DNA of 64,000 nucleotides from Escherichia coli (GTDB lineage Bacteria; Pseudomonadota; Gammaproteobacteria; Enterobacterales; Enterobacteriaceae): NCBI RefSeq assembly GCF_003334315.1, contig NZ_QOWR01000010.1; one strand, 5' to 3'. Shown piece by piece: positions 16,381 to 29,532 of this stretch (position 1 is its first letter; each line of letters starts with the position of its first letter). The notes under the pieces were generated by a model. It saw only the letters and a program-made list of their open reading frames with translations, ran no database searches and was not told where the DNA came from. The position numbers and the translations under genes were made by a program.

Positions 16381-16704
16381 ATGTCCCATCAGAAAATTAT
16401 TCAGGATCTTATCGCATGGATTGACGAGCATATTGACCAGCCGCTTAACATTGATGTAGTCGCAAAAAAATCAGGCTATTCAAAGTGGTACTTGCAACGA
16501 ATGTTCCGCACGGTGACGCATCAGACGCTTGGCGATTACATTCGCCAACGTCGCCTGTTACTGGCCGCCGTTGAGTTGCGCACCACCGAGCGTCCGATTT
16601 TTGATATCGCAATGGACCTGGGTTATGTCTCGCAGCAGACCTTCTCCCGCGTTTTCCGTCGGCAGTTTGATCGCACTCCCAGCGATTATCGCCACCGCCT
16701 GTAG
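16381..16704 (+). CDS. soxS: AraC-family transcription activator SoxS
   Basis: ORF track 107 aa; two HTH motifs. Confidence 0.95.
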   Translation: MSHQKIIQDLIAWIDEHIDQPLNIDVVAKKSGYSKWYLQRMFRTVTHQTLGDYIRQRRLLLAAVELRTTERPIFDIAMDLGYVSQQTFSRVFRRQFDRTPSDYRHRL

Positions 16705-16706
16705 TT

Positions 16707-18293
16707 TTATTGCCCGCGCGTTAACTCCCGCGCGGGTAATTGCTCCATCCATTGCATAAACACCTGCGGCGGCATCGCCTTCGCAAAGAACCATCCCTGG
16801 CAATAGCGCACGCCGCGTTTGCGCAGCCAGTTAACCTGCTCCTCAGTTTCGACGCCTTCAGCGATCGTTTTTAACCCCAGGCTGTGCGCCAGCTCGATGA
16901 TGTGTTCCGCAATCAAATGACTGGTTTTGTGGGTGGTCAGCGTTTCAACAAACGATTTGTCGATTTTCAAAATATCGACATTCAATGATTTAAGGTTATG
17001 CAAGTTAGAGTAGCCAATACCAAAATCATCAATTGCCACTTCGTAACCTGCCTGGCGGAAAGCCAGAATAATCGGCGTCATTTTTTCGACATCAAGAAAT
17101 GCATGCTCAGTCACTTCAAATTTAATTTGCTGCGGACGCACCGCGTATTGCTCTGTTTTCTGATTGATTCGCGCTATCAACCGTGACGTATGAAAATCGG
17201 AGGCCGACAGGTTAATAGAAACATAGCGATCTGCATGTGTTGCCAGGTAATCGCCCAGATCGCGGAAGACATTATCAATAACATAATCAGTTATCTGTTC
17301 TATCATCCCCTCCTTTTCTGCCAGCGGAATAAACTCTGCCGGATTCATTATTTGCCCCTGCTCACCAGGCCAACGTAACAACGCTTCAGCGCCGATACAT
17401 TTTTCTGTTTTGATATCGATTATTGGCTGGTAATAAAGACAAAGTTGATGTTTTTCGAGGGCGCGTTGCAATTTACGTTTGGGAGATAAATAGTTTTGTC
17501 GAATACGTAGCCAGAGTAATAGCAGAACAAGACTCCCCAAAATACCGGCGGGCAACGCAAAAATAAGATGATTATAAAAATGGGTTATAAGACGTTGATA
17601 TGAAGTCGCAACAATGGCTGCAATTGGGCGTTTTGTCGAATAAACTGTCGCATATAAATAGCCATTTCTTTGTACGGTTAAATCCTTCAAATGAATCAGC
17701 GGAGAAAACGTTGCTGCCGAGGCCTCTTTGCTTAACGAGAAAAAGGTTTTCGTCACCGTATCATACACACCCCATTGCAATGTCGGGTCATCAGACATCA
17801 CTTCACTCCAGAAGAGAGGGTTGATAACCGCCACATAATTTCCCCGCTGCATATAGGTCATTTTATAGCCAGAGAAAAAAGGCGTATCGCGGTAATAATA
17901 GATAGAAACGTTAGGTTCACGCTTATAATCGGCCGGTGCAATCGTATAGCCGTTTACAGGCGCTATCAGCGATGAGCATAAAAAATGGTTATCACGGGCA
18001 TAGATCAATTCATTAATATAAAGATAGCCACGAATAATATTCAACATTCGCTTTTGATGGGCTGGAGTGCAAACTTGCCCCTGATAGCGTTCAGCTGCAT
18101 CGCTCACTAAATCTGCCTGGCGAATGACCAGCTCGGATTTATCCAGTGCCAGTTGAGCAAAGGTTCGGAGCTGATTATTCACTTCTGATTTTGCCCAAAG
18201 GAAGGCAATCCATAGCGAAAGAATGATGGGAAAGAGAACTAAAAAGATAATGCCCGGCAACGCCAGTAATTGGTGTCGTGCACGATGACTCAT
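16707..18293 (-). CDS. pdeC: c-di-GMP phosphodiesterase PdeC (CSS-motif periplasmic domain + EAL)
   Basis: ORF track 16707..18302; two TM segments, periplasmic Cys pair, EALLRWP EAL signature; start trimmed to 528 aa. Confidence 0.85.
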
Positions 18294-18722
18294 TGCTATC
18301 AATTTCCTGCCTGTTTATACCCGGCCATTGTAAGGTGAAAACCCTGGGTACCGACGTCTTTAGATAAATCTTACGGTATAAATAGCACTTTTGCCTGATT
18401 TGAAATTGATACCTTTCTAATCGTCACCTGGATGAAAATAATTCATTGATATTCAAAATTAATTTCCTACAGGAATGCAGAGGCGGCGGGAAGATATGCC
18501 CTTAATGCCACTGAAAAACCACATAATCTGTACAGCAATAAAAGTCACGGCCTAATATGGCTAACAAACAATCAATTGTGATATAGTTCACAAAATTAAT
18601 GAAACAAACAGAGTGTTTCATTTTTGTGTTCTGCAAGCCCCGCGATAGCCAGAGTGTACCACGCCTCCCGTGAACAACGCCGCGCTGTCCAGGGCATCGG
18701 CTCTTTTCAGAGGAATTGTTTG

Positions 18723-19004
18723 ATGGCTACCCTCACCACTGGCGTGGTTCTTCTTCGCTGGCAACTTCTTAGTGCCGTAATGATGTTTCTGGCCAGCACA
18801 CTCAACATCCGTTTTCGTCGGTCTGATTATGTCGGGCTTGCGGTGATCAGCAGCGGTCTGGGCGTTGTTTCCGCCTGTTGGTTCGCAATGGGGTTGCTTG
18901 GCATCACAATGGCGGACATCACCGCTATCTGGCATAACATCGAGTCGGTGATGATAGAAGAGATGAATCAGACACCGCCACAATGGCCAATGATTTTGAC
19001 CTGA
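18723..19004 (+). CDS. yjcB: Small inner-membrane protein YjcB, unknown function
   Basis: ORF track 18624..19004; internal ATG at 18723 gives 93 aa MATLTTGVVLL... with two hydrophobic helices. Confidence 0.7.
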   Translation: MATLTTGVVLLRWQLLSAVMMFLASTLNIRFRRSDYVGLAVISSGLGVVSACWFAMGLLGITMADITAIWHNIESVMIEEMNQTPPQWPMILT

Positions 19005-19010
19005 TACGTA

Positions 19011-19040
19011 GAAGCCTCCATAACGGAGGCTTCTTTTTTA
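19011..19040 (+). terminator. Intrinsic terminator after yjcB
   Basis: gaagcctccataacggaggcttc hairpin followed by T6. Confidence 0.8.
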
Positions 19041-19102
19041 TGGCTGGCAGATGCTTTAATCATCCACCTTAAAACAATATAACCTATTGTTTTAATGACA
19101 AA

Positions 19103-19639
19103 TCAGAACGGAATGTCATCATCAAAGTCCATCGGCGGCTCGTTAGACGGCGCTGCCGGAGCGGACTGCTGCGGGCGAGACTGCGCGCCGCCGCTGAACT
19201 GATTGCCACCCTGCGGCTGCTGAGGCTGACCCCAACCGCCCTGCGGCTGACCACCACCGATATTGCCACCTGCCGGAGCGCCACCACCCTGACGACCACC
19301 CAGCATCTGCATGGTGCCGCCAACGTTCACCACGACTTCTGTGGTGTAGCGATCCTGACCGGATTGATCGGTCCATTTACGGGTACGCAGCTGACCTTCG
19401 ATATAAACCTGAGAACCTTTACGCAGATATTCGCTCGCCACTTCTGCCAGTTTGCCGAACAGCACAACGCGGTGCCATTCAGTCTGTTCTTTCATCTCGC
19501 CGGTCGCTTTATCACGCCAGGATTCGGAAGTAGCCAGCGTAATGTTGGCAACTGCGCCACCATTTGGCATGTAGCGTACTTCCGGGTCCTGACCCAGATT
19601 ACCAACGAGAATAACCTTGTTTACGCCTCTGCTGGCCAT
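19103..19639 (-). CDS. ssb: Single-stranded DNA-binding protein
   Basis: ORF track 19103..19702; start trimmed to MASRGVNKV (178 aa); Gly/Gln-rich tail ending DFDDDIPF. Confidence 0.97.
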   Translation of the reverse strand: MASRGVNKVILVGNLGQDPEVRYMPNGGAVANITLATSESWRDKATGEMKEQTEWHRVVLFGKLAEVASEYLRKGSQVYIEGQLRTRKWTDQSGQDRYTTEVVVNVGGTMQMLGGRQGGGAPAGGNIGGGQPQGGWGQPQQPQGGNQFSGGAQSRPQQSAPAAPSNEPPMDFDDDIPF

Positions 19640-19791
19640 GTTCGTGTCTCCTGAAAAAAATCGTTCTGAATAAGTGTAAACGCGCGATTGTACCATTACC
19701 AATAGCGCTTTTACTATGTTGTGACCTCGGTTCCGGGAAACAAACCTGGCCAGACATTGTTACACAACACTCCGGGTAATGCATTCCAATA

Positions 19792-19807
19792 CTGTATATT
19801 CATTCAG
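19792..19807. promoter_or_regulatory. LexA (SOS) box shared by divergent ssb and uvrA promoters
   Basis: ctgtatattcattcag = CTG-N10-CAG with TA-rich core, in the 253-bp ssb-uvrA spacer. Confidence 0.85.
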
Positions 19808-19892
19808 GTCAATTTGTGTCATAATTAACCGTTTGTGATCGCCGGTAGCACCATGCCACCGGGCAAAAAAGCGTTTAATCCGGGAAAGGTGA

Positions 19893-22715
19893 ATGGATAA
19901 GATCGAAGTTCGGGGCGCCCGCACCCATAATCTCAAAAACATCAACCTCGTTATCCCCCGCGACAAGCTCATTGTCGTGACCGGGCTTTCGGGTTCTGGC
20001 AAATCCTCGCTCGCTTTCGACACCTTATATGCCGAAGGGCAGCGCCGTTACGTTGAATCCCTTTCCGCCTACGCGCGGCAGTTTCTGTCACTGATGGAAA
20101 AGCCGGACGTCGATCATATTGAGGGGCTTTCTCCTGCCATCTCAATTGAGCAGAAATCGACGTCTCATAACCCGCGTTCTACGGTGGGGACAATCACCGA
20201 AATCCACGACTATTTGCGTTTGTTATTCGCCCGCGTTGGCGAGCCGCGCTGTCCGGACCACGACGTCCCGCTGGCGGCGCAAACCGTCAGCCAGATGGTG
20301 GATAACGTGCTGTCGCAGCCGGAAGGCAAGCGTCTGATGCTACTCGCGCCAATCATTAAAGAGCGCAAAGGCGAACACACCAAAACGCTGGAGAACCTGG
20401 CAAGCCAGGGCTACATCCGTGCTCGTATTGATGGCGAAGTCTGCGATCTTTCCGATCCGCCAAAACTGGAACTGCAAAAGAAACATACCATTGAAGTGGT
20501 GGTTGATCGCTTCAAGGTGCGTGACGATCTTACCCAACGTCTTGCCGAGTCATTTGAAACCGCGCTGGAGCTTTCCGGTGGTACCGCGGTAGTGGCGGAT
20601 ATGGACGACCCGAAAGCGGAAGAGCTGCTGTTCTCCGCCAACTTCGCCTGCCCAATTTGCGGCTACAGTATGCGTGAGCTGGAGCCGCGACTGTTTTCGT
20701 TTAACAACCCGGCGGGGGCCTGCCCGACCTGCGACGGCCTTGGCGTACAGCAATATTTCGATCCTGATCGAGTGATCCAGAATCCGGAACTGTCGCTGGC
20801 TGGTGGTGCGATCCGTGGCTGGGATCGCCGCAACTTCTATTATTTCCAGATGCTGAAATCGCTGGCAGATCACTATAAGTTCGACGTCGAAGCGCCGTGG
20901 GGCAGCCTGAGCGCGAACGTGCATAAAGTGGTGTTGTACGGTTCTGGCAAAGAAAACATTGAATTCAAATACATGAACGATCGTGGCGATACCTCCATTC
21001 GTCGTCATCCGTTCGAAGGCGTACTGCATAATATGGAGCGCCGCTATAAAGAGACGGAATCCAGCGCGGTACGCGAAGAATTAGCCAAGTTTATCAGTAA
21101 TCGTCCGTGCGCCAGCTGCGAAGGGACGCGTCTGCGTCGGGAAGCGCGCCACGTGTATGTCGAGAATACGCCGCTGCCTGCTATCTCCGACATGAGCATT
21201 GGTCATGCGATGGAATTCTTCAACAATCTCAAACTCGCAGGTCAGCGGGCGAAGATTGCAGAAAAAATCCTTAAAGAGATCGGCGATCGTCTGAAATTCC
21301 TCGTTAACGTCGGCCTGAATTACCTGACGCTTTCCCGCTCGGCAGAAACGCTTTCTGGCGGTGAAGCACAGCGTATCCGTCTGGCGAGCCAGATTGGTGC
21401 GGGCCTGGTTGGCGTTATGTACGTGCTGGACGAGCCGTCTATCGGCCTGCACCAGCGTGATAACGAGCGCCTGTTGGGTACGCTTATCCATCTGCGCGAT
21501 CTCGGTAATACCGTGATTGTGGTGGAGCACGACGAAGACGCAATTCGCGCCGCTGACCATGTGATCGACATTGGCCCGGGCGCAGGTGTTCACGGCGGTG
21601 AAGTGGTCGCAGAAGGTCCGCTGGAAGCGATTATGGCGGTGCCGGAGTCGTTGACCGGGCAGTACATGAGCGGCAAACGCAAGATTGAAGTGCCGAAGAA
21701 ACGCGTTCCGGCGAATCCGGAAAAAGTGCTGAAGCTGACAGGCGCACGCGGCAACAACCTGAAGGACGTGACGCTGACGCTGCCGGTGGGTCTGTTTACC
21801 TGCATCACCGGGGTTTCAGGTTCCGGTAAATCGACGCTGATTAACGACACACTGTTCCCGATTGCCCAACGCCAGTTGAATGGGGCGACCATCGCCGAAC
21901 CAGCACCGTATCGCGATATTCAGGGGCTGGAGCATTTCGATAAAGTGATCGATATCGACCAAAGCCCAATTGGTCGTACTCCACGTTCTAACCCGGCGAC
22001 CTATACCGGCGTGTTTACGCCTGTGCGCGAACTGTTTGCGGGCGTACCGGAATCCCGTGCGCGCGGCTATACGCCGGGACGTTTCAGCTTTAACGTTCGT
22101 GGCGGACGCTGCGAGGCCTGTCAGGGCGATGGCGTGATCAAAGTGGAGATGCACTTCCTGCCGGATATCTACGTGCCGTGCGACCAGTGCAAAGGTAAAC
22201 GCTATAACCGTGAAACGCTGGAGATTAAGTACAAAGGCAAAACCATCCACGAAGTGCTGGATATGACCATCGAAGAGGCGCGTGAGTTCTTTGATGCCGT
22301 ACCTGCACTGGCGCGTAAGCTGCAAACGTTGATGGACGTTGGCCTGACGTACATTCGCCTGGGGCAGTCCGCAACCACCCTTTCTGGTGGTGAAGCCCAG
22401 CGCGTGAAGCTGGCGCGTGAGCTGTCAAAACGCGGCACCGGGCAGACACTGTATATTCTCGACGAGCCGACCACCGGTTTGCACTTCGCCGATATTCAGC
22501 AACTGCTCGACGTGCTGCATAAACTGCGCGATCAGGGCAATACCATTGTGGTAATTGAGCACAATCTCGACGTGATTAAAACCGCTGACTGGATTGTCGA
22601 CCTGGGACCGGAAGGCGGCAGTGGCGGCGGCGAGATCCTCGTCTCCGGTACGCCAGAAACCGTCGCGGAGTGCGAAGCTTCGCATACGGCGCGCTTCCTC
22701 AAGCCGATGCTGTAA
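19893..22715 (+). CDS. uvrA: Excinuclease ABC subunit A
   Basis: ORF track 940 aa; two Walker A boxes ([18 protein letters not shown]), two LSGGE signatures, zinc-finger Cys clusters. Confidence 0.97.
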   Translation: MDKIEVRGARTHNLKNINLVIPRDKLIVVTGLSGSGKSSLAFDTLYAEGQRRYVESLSAYARQFLSLMEKPDVDHIEGLSPAISIEQKSTSHNPRSTVGTITEIHDYLRLLFARVGEPRCPDHDVPLAAQTVSQMVDNVLSQPEGKRLMLLAPIIKERKGEHTKTLENLASQGYIRARIDGEVCDLSDPPKLELQKKHTIEVVVDRFKVRDDLTQRLAESFETALELSGGTAVVADMDDPKAEELLFSANFACPICGYSMRELEPRLFSFNNPAGACPTCDGLGVQQYFDPDRVIQNPELSLAGGAIRGWDRRNFYYFQMLKSLADHYKFDVEAPWGSLSANVHKVVLYGSGKENIEFKYMNDRGDTSIRRHPFEGVLHNMERRYKETESSAVREELAKFISNRPCASCEGTRLRREARHVYVENTPLPAISDMSIGHAMEFFNNLKLAGQRAKIAEKILKEIGDRLKFLVNVGLNYLTLSRSAETLSGGEAQRIRLASQIGAGLVGVMYVLDEPSIGLHQRDNERLLGTLIHLRDLGNTVIVVEHDEDAIRAADHVIDIGPGAGVHGGEVVAEGPLEAIMAVPESLTGQYMSGKRKIEVPKKRVPANPEKVLKLTGARGNNLKDVTLTLPVGLFTCITGVSGSGKSTLINDTLFPIAQRQLNGATIAEPAPYRDIQGLEHFDKVIDIDQSPIGRTPRSNPATYTGVFTPVRELFAGVPESRARGYTPGRFSFNVRGGRCEACQGDGVIKVEMHFLPDIYVPCDQCKGKRYNRETLEIKYKGKTIHEVLDMTIEEAREFFDAVPALARKLQTLMDVGLTYIRLGQSATTLSGGEAQRVKLARELSKRGTGQTLYILDEPTTGLHFADIQQLLDVLHKLRDQGNTIVVIEHNLDVIKTADWIVDLGPEGGSGGGEILVSGTPETVAECEASHTARFLKPML

Positions 22716-22720
22716 TCGTT

Positions 22721-22750
22721 AAGGCCGCTTTCTGAGCGGCCTTTTCCTTT
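22721..22750. terminator. Bidirectional terminator between convergent uvrA and yjbR
   Basis: aaggccgctttctgagcggcctt hairpin plus T-rich tail. Confidence 0.8.
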
Positions 22751-23106
22751 CAGAGTTGCACCAGCAATTTACGTTTTTCTTCCGGCAGCAAATTCACCGC
22801 CTGCTGATAAGACGCATCCACCAGATAATAGATTTGCGAATCTGGCAGCGAACCGTCGAGATACACGGTGCTCCAGTGCGCTTTATTCAGATGGCGGCTT
22901 GGACGCACATCGCTGTGCTGCTGACGTAGCAGCTCCGCCAGCTCCGGGCTGGTTTTCAGCGAAACAGCTGGGCGATTTTCTACTTCTTTCACCATCGCAA
23001 ACAGTACATCTTCCACTTTGATCTGCGTCGCTTTCCAGTCGTTATGCACGCTCTGTTCTGCGCCTGGTTTTGCCATGCAATATTGTAGCAACTCCGAAAT
23101 GGTCAT
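22750..23106 (-). CDS. yjbR: Uncharacterised protein YjbR
   Basis: ORF track 118 aa; synteny. Confidence 0.85.
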   Translation of the reverse strand: MTISELLQYCMAKPGAEQSVHNDWKATQIKVEDVLFAMVKEVENRPAVSLKTSPELAELLRQQHSDVRPSRHLNKAHWSTVYLDGSLPDSQIYYLVDASYQQAVNLLPEEKRKLLVQL

Positions 23107-23109
23107 TTT

Positions 23110-23526
23110 TTACTCCCCTTGTAGTGTCGCGATGATGCGACGCGATCCGCCGTGGATGCGATGTTCCCCCAGCCAAATGCCTTGCCAGGTGCCGGTCTGA
23201 ATACGCCCTTTATGCACCGGCAATACAAGCGATGTTCCCAGCATTGAGGATTTGATATGAGAAGGCATATCGTCTGCTCCCTCATAGTCATGCTCATAAT
23301 TTCCGTTGTCGGGAACGGTGCGGAGGAAAAAACGCTCCATGTCGTGGCGTACGGTGGGATCGCAGTTCTCATTAAGTGTCAGAGAGGCGGAGGTATGTTG
23401 CAGCAACAGATGCAGTAAGCCGATGTTAACGCGCGGCATATCAGCCAGCTGATTCAGAATTTCATCCGTTACCAGATGAAACCCACGAGATTTGGCGCTA
23501 AGCGTGAGCGTCTTTTGATACCACAT
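23110..23526 (-). CDS. yjbQ: UPF0047-family protein YjbQ
   Basis: ORF track 138 aa; synteny. Confidence 0.85.
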
Positions 23527-23593
23527 GTGCTGCTCCTTGATAAAACTCTCTTAATCAGTTTGCAGCAAGACAGCGAAAGGATAAAGGTGTGAT

Positions 23594-23631
23594 TAAAAAA
23601 ACAGCATTCGGGAGAGCATCACGCTCTCCCG
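23594..23631 (-). terminator. Intrinsic terminator downstream of aphA
   Basis: Minus-strand hairpin cgggagagcgtgatgctctcccg followed by T7. Confidence 0.8.
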
Positions 23632-23636
23632 CTCTG

Positions 23637-24629
<993 letters not shown>

Positions 24630-24751
24630 TTAATGAACTTAATGATACAGCATTACAAAAACAATCGAAGTTTATAAAGATGATTTCTGATTGACCAGCC
24701 CCCTACCCTACAATGGTGATTAATTTTATTACTCGCGATGGAGATGATGAT

Positions 24752-24955
24752 ATGAATATATCATATGTGAATAGCAACAAAACGACATCTTTACCTGTTG
24801 AGCTAGATGCACTAAATAATAAAGATATCTCTTATGCCAAAGATTTCTTTTTATACATAGAAACACAGTTAAAAATTGCAAAAGATTTTTTAGACCTGGA
24901 GAAGAAGTATCAAGTTCTATTGCAAGTAAAGTTTTTCACGCATTTATTGATTTAG
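24752..24955 (+). CDS. yjbS: Small hypothetical protein in AT-rich aphA-tyrB spacer (likely yjbS)
   Basis: ORF track 24713..24955; internal ATG at 24752 gives 67 aa MNISYVNSNK...; symbol from position and size only, not sequence recognition. Confidence 0.45.
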   Translation: MNISYVNSNKTTSLPVELDALNNKDISYAKDFFLYIETQLKIAKDFLDLEKKYQVLLQVKFFTHLLI

Positions 24956-25456
24956 TTAACAAAATCAGGGGTAAGAAAGACTTTATGTATACTTGCACGC
25001 TTTGCTGTTTTGCCGAGGAGGTTAAAGGTGATTATTCTCATTACAGGACCTTTTTATTTGATATTGGTAATCAATATAAGGTTAAACTTACACAAAGCGG
25101 AAAAAAGAGTTCTCTTTAACATTAGAATTTAACGATACTATAATTGAATCTCAGAAAGTCACAGGCAATAAGGCAAAGCATATTCTTGAGGATATAGAAA
25201 TATTCTATCGTAACAAACCCGATACTTATTATTAAATTTAATAATGGTTAGATGTGCAGAAATTATTACTCCACCCAAAAAAACAGGATAAGGAATTCCA
25301 GATAATTGGGATAAACTTAACAATAAAAGAACTAACAACGTTTATTATCTCTCACGTAGAACGATGGCATCAAAAAAATCATCTATAAAGAAAGAGTGAA
25401 AGCGACGACAGTTTAATTTCACTGCAGGCTGGGTAGCTCCAGCCTGCTTTCCTGCA

Positions 25457-26650
25457 TTACATCACCGCAGCAAACGCCTTTGCCACACGTTGTACATTTG
25501 CCGTATTTAACCCGGCGACACACATGCGACCGCTGGCGATGAGATAGACACCAAATTCTTCACGTAGTCGGTCAACCTGAGCGGCACTTAAACCGGTATA
25601 ACTGAACATGCCGCGCTGATTAAGCAGATAATCGAAATTGCGTTCTGGCATCTCTGTGCTTAATACCTTCACCAATTCCTGACGCATTGCCAGAATGCGA
25701 GTACGCATCTCTTCTACTTCCGCCAGCCAGCTGGCTTTCAATGCCTCGTCATTCAGCACTGCAGCCACCACCTGCGCACCAAAATTCGGCGGGCTGGAGT
25801 AGTTGCGGCGAACTGTTGCTTTCAATTGCCCCAGTACGCGGCCAGCGGCTTCGGCATCTTCACACATAACAGAAAGTCCGCCGACGCGCTCGCCGTAAAG
25901 GGAGAAAATTTTCGAGAACGAATTGCTCACCAGAGCGGGTAATCCAGCGCTGGCAATGGCGCGAATAGCGTAGGCATCCTCTTCCATACCGGCACCAAAT
26001 CCTTGATAGGCAATATCGAGGAATGGAATAAGCTCGCGGGCTTTGAGAATTTCAATCACCGCATCCCACTGATCATTAGTGAGATCGGCACCCGTTGGGT
26101 TGTGGCAACATGGATGCAGCAACACAATACTGCGGGCAGGTAATGTTTTCAGCGTCGCCAACAGGTCATTAAAGCGCACGCCGTTAGTCGCTTCGTCATA
26201 CCAGGGGTAAGTACTCACTTCGAATCCAGCCCCGGCGAATATTGCTACGTGGTTTTCCCAGGTAGGATCGCTGACCCAGACGCCTGATTCCGGGAAGTAG
26301 CGTTTCAGGAAATCCGCGCCCACTTTCAATGCCCCGGAGCCGCCAAGGGTTTGAATGGTTGCTACGCGCTGTTGTTTCAGTACCGGATGGTCCGCACCAA
26401 ACAGCAGCGGCGCAATGGCATGGCGATAGCTGTTAAGCCCTTCCATCGGTAAATAAAGCGAAGCGCCATGAGGCTGCGCATTCAGGCGCGCTTCCGCCTC
26501 CGCCACGGCTTGCAGTTGTGGAATAATTCCGTCTTCGTTGTAGTACAGACCGATACTTAAATTCACTTTGTCGCTGCGAGGGTCTTCTTTAAAACGCTCC
26601 ATAAGCGTAAGAATCGGGTCGCCAGCGTAGGCGTCAACTTTTTGAAACAC
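25457..26650 (-). CDS. tyrB: Aromatic amino acid aminotransferase
   Basis: ORF track 25457..26692; start trimmed to GTG ([13 protein letters not shown], 397 aa); PLP-lysine motif [16 protein letters not shown]. Confidence 0.95.
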   Translation of the reverse strand: MFQKVDAYAGDPILTLMERFKEDPRSDKVNLSIGLYYNEDGIIPQLQAVAEAEARLNAQPHGASLYLPMEGLNSYRHAIAPLLFGADHPVLKQQRVATIQTLGGSGALKVGADFLKRYFPESGVWVSDPTWENHVAIFAGAGFEVSTYPWYDEATNGVRFNDLLATLKTLPARSIVLLHPCCHNPTGADLTNDQWDAVIEILKARELIPFLDIAYQGFGAGMEEDAYAIRAIASAGLPALVSNSFSKIFSLYGERVGGLSVMCEDAEAAGRVLGQLKATVRRNYSSPPNFGAQVVAAVLNDEALKASWLAEVEEMRTRILAMRQELVKVLSTEMPERNFDYLLNQRGMFSYTGLSAAQVDRLREEFGVYLIASGRMCVAGLNTANVQRVAKAFAAVM

Positions 26651-26844
26651 GCGATGGTTCTCCAGGTTTACGGGCAGGTGGTTAAAACACAATAAACCGG
26701 AAGAAGGCGAAGATCGAGTGGATGTTCAGGAGCGAACGGCAATTAGCAACAGAGTGAGACTCATGACAAACGTACATCCGCCAGAGGCACGACCTTTATA
26801 AGAGCATGAAAGAACATCAACTTATTGAATTTTTAGGATTTTAT

Positions 26845-26882
26845 TGGCCGGATAAGGCATTCACGCCGCATCCGGCACAGAC
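26845..26882. repeat. REP palindromic element between tyrB and alr
   Basis: gccggataaggcattcacgccgcatccggc. Confidence 0.75.
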
Positions 26883-26902
26883 AATCAAATATTACAGAAC
26901 GA

Positions 26903-27982
26903 TTAATCCACGTATTTCATCGCGACCCTTGAAGTCAGGCGCGTAATAAGTTCGTAAGCGCTTACTTTCGTCATTTCAGCGATACGTTCTACGGGCAAAC
27001 CTTCGCCCCATAAAATGACCGGATCCCCGGCTTTGTCCTGCGCCTGTGGACCTAAGTCTACGCAGATCATATCCATCGCCACGCGCCCGACAATCGGTAC
27101 TTCGCGACCGTTCACCAGCACTGGCGTACCGGACGGCGCGGCGCGCGGATAACCATCGCCATAGCCCATCGCGACTACGCCAAGACGGGTATCACGTTCG
27201 CTTACCCAGGTTCCACCATAACCAACAGGTTCTCCGGCTTTATGCTCACGCACGGCAATCAGGCTGGAGGTTAGTGACATCACTGGCTGACAGCCAAAAT
27301 CGGCACCGGTGGAGCGATCTTCCAGCGGCGAGACGCCATAAAGAATGATGCCCGGGCGCACCCAGTCAAAATGCGACTGTGGCCACAGCAGAATGCCACC
27401 CGACGCGGCAATGGAACGTTGACCAGGTTTGCCTTCGCAAAAGGTATTAAAGATAGCGAGTTGTTTCTCGGTTGCGCCACATTTTGGTTCATCCGCGCGC
27501 GCAAAATGGCTGACGATATTCACCGGCTGACGAACGTTTTTGCACTGGGTCAGGCGATGATAAAACGCCTCAGCCTGTTCCGGCCTTACGCCCAGACGGT
27601 GCATACCGGTATCGAGTTTCATCCAGACGGTAACCGGCTCGTCCAGGCTAGCCTCTTCCAGCGCAGCCAGCTGTTCTTCGTTATGCACGGCGGTATGAAA
27701 ATGTTGCGCAGAAATCGTCGGCAGATCTCTGGCATCAAAAAAGCCTTCGAGTAACAGTACAGGTTTGGTGATTCCCCCCGCACGCAGTCGCAGAGCTTCT
27801 TCGAGACGGGCTACGCCAAAGGCGTCAGCATCGGGGAGCGTTCGCGCGGTCTCAAGAAGACCGTGACCATAAGCGTTCGCTTTCACCACCGCAACCATTT
27901 TACTGGCAGGGGCCAGTTCACGAAGACGTTGCAGGTTGTGTCGCAGAGCGCGGCGGTTAATCACAACAGTTGCCGCTTGCAT
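26903..27982 (-). CDS. alr: Alanine racemase, biosynthetic
   Basis: ORF track 359 aa; PLP motif [11 protein letters not shown]. Confidence 0.95.
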
Positions 27983-28034
27983 TTGTGTTCCTTGATAAGT
28001 GTTTGCTTTAATTACCTAATTCATAAAATAATTA

Positions 28035-29450
28035 TTATTCGTCGTCGTACTGCGGCCCCGCATAGTTGTCGAAGCGCGACCATTGACCGTTAAAGGTCAG
28101 GCGTACCGTCCCGATTGGGCCGTTACGTTGTTTACCGATAATAATTTCCGCGATGCCTTTTAAATCACTGTTTTCGTGATACACCTCATCACGATAGATA
28201 AACATGATCAAGTCCGCATCCTGCTCGATAGAGCCAGATTCACGCAGGTCGGAGTTGACCGGGCGTTTGTCGGCACGTTGTTCCAGAGAACGGTTCAACT
28301 GGGACAGCGCCACCACCGGCACGTTCAGTTCTTTCGCCAGTGCTTTCAGCGAGCGAGAGATTTCTGCAATTTCCAGCGTACGGTTATCGGAAAGCGCCGG
28401 TACGCGCATCAGTTGCAGGTAGTCGATCATGATAAGCCCGATGCCGCCGTGTTCACGGGCAATACGGCGTGCGCGGGAACGCACTTCCGTTGGCGTCAGG
28501 CCGGAGGAGTCATCGATATAGATATTGCGTTTTTCGAGCAAAATACCCATGGTGCCGGAAATGCGCGCCCAGTCTTCATCATCGAGCTGCCCGGTACGGA
28601 TTTTAGTCTGGTCAACGCGCGACAGCGACGCCAGAGAACGCATCATAATCTGTTCTGAAGGCATCTCCAGCGAGAAGATAAGTACTGGTTTATCCTGCAA
28701 CATCGCCGCGTTTTCGACGAGGTTCATCGCAAATGTTGTTTTACCCATCGACGGACGCGCGGCGACGATGATCAAATCCGACGGCTGCAAGCCAGCGGTT
28801 TTTTTGTTGAGATCGTCATAACCGGTGTTTACTCCGGTAACGCCATCGTGTGGCTGCTGAAACAACTGCTCAATACGCGCCACGGTTGCGTCGAGCACAT
28901 CGGCGATGTTCTTCGGCCCTTCGTCTTTGTTTGCACGACTTTCGGCAATTTTAAAGACGCGGGATTCAGCAAGGTCCAGCAGATCTTCGCTGGTACGCCC
29001 CTGCGGATCAAAACCGGCTTCAGCAATCTCATTCGCAACCGAGATCATCTCACGGACAACGGCACGTTCACGCACGATGTCAGCATAAGCACTGATGTTC
29101 GCCGCACTTGGCGTATTTTTTGACAGCTCTGCCAGATAAGCAAAACCACCGACGCTATCGAGTTGCCCCTGGCGTTCCAGCGATTCCGCAAGAGTAATTA
29201 GATCGATAGGGCTACCGCTTTCCTGCAAACGCGCCATTTCAGTAAAGATATGACGGTGTGGGCGGGTGTAAAAATCGTCTGCTACCACACGCTCGGCTAC
29301 ATCATCCCAGCGTTCGTTATCTAGCATTAAACCGCCCAACACCGACTGCTCCGCTTCGATCGAGTGCGGAGGCACTTTCAGCCCGGCAACTTGTGGATCG
29401 CGTTCGCGGGGTTCAGCCTGCTGTTTGTTGAAGGGTTTATTTCCTGCCAT
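28035..29450 (-). CDS. dnaB: Replicative DNA helicase DnaB
   Basis: ORF track 471 aa; Walker A ARPSMGKTTFAMN. Confidence 0.97.
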   Translation of the reverse strand: MAGNKPFNKQQAEPRERDPQVAGLKVPPHSIEAEQSVLGGLMLDNERWDDVAERVVADDFYTRPHRHIFTEMARLQESGSPIDLITLAESLERQGQLDSVGGFAYLAELSKNTPSAANISAYADIVRERAVVREMISVANEIAEAGFDPQGRTSEDLLDLAESRVFKIAESRANKDEGPKNIADVLDATVARIEQLFQQPHDGVTGVNTGYDDLNKKTAGLQPSDLIIVAARPSMGKTTFAMNLVENAAMLQDKPVLIFSLEMPSEQIMMRSLASLSRVDQTKIRTGQLDDEDWARISGTMGILLEKRNIYIDDSSGLTPTEVRSRARRIAREHGGIGLIMIDYLQLMRVPALSDNRTLEIAEISRSLKALAKELNVPVVALSQLNRSLEQRADKRPVNSDLRESGSIEQDADLIMFIYRDEVYHENSDLKGIAEIIIGKQRNGPIGTVRLTFNGQWSRFDNYAGPQYDDE

Positions 29451-29532
29451 AGTGAATGGAGTTACCGAGATAAAGAATGGGTCGAAACTTTACCATATGA
29501 AGCAGACCCTGACGATACGTTCTGGAGGACAC

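Noticed and set aside
19103..19702. N-terminally extended versions of ssb and of aphA, malK, ubiC, zur, plsB, qor, nrfA, pspG, tyrB given by the ORF track
   Set aside because: The extensions run through promoter/RBS regions and precede an internal start that yields the canonical-length protein with a proper N-terminus (signal peptide or conserved motif); the shorter canonical start was used.
24890..24960. Apparent 1-2 nt register mismatches between my by-eye codon reading and the ORF-track frames (here and near 56100)
   Set aside because: The track proteins are internally consistent and the mismatches net to zero within one sequence line, so I attribute them to my manual indexing rather than real frameshifts; motif coordinates therefore carry +/-2 nt uncertainty.
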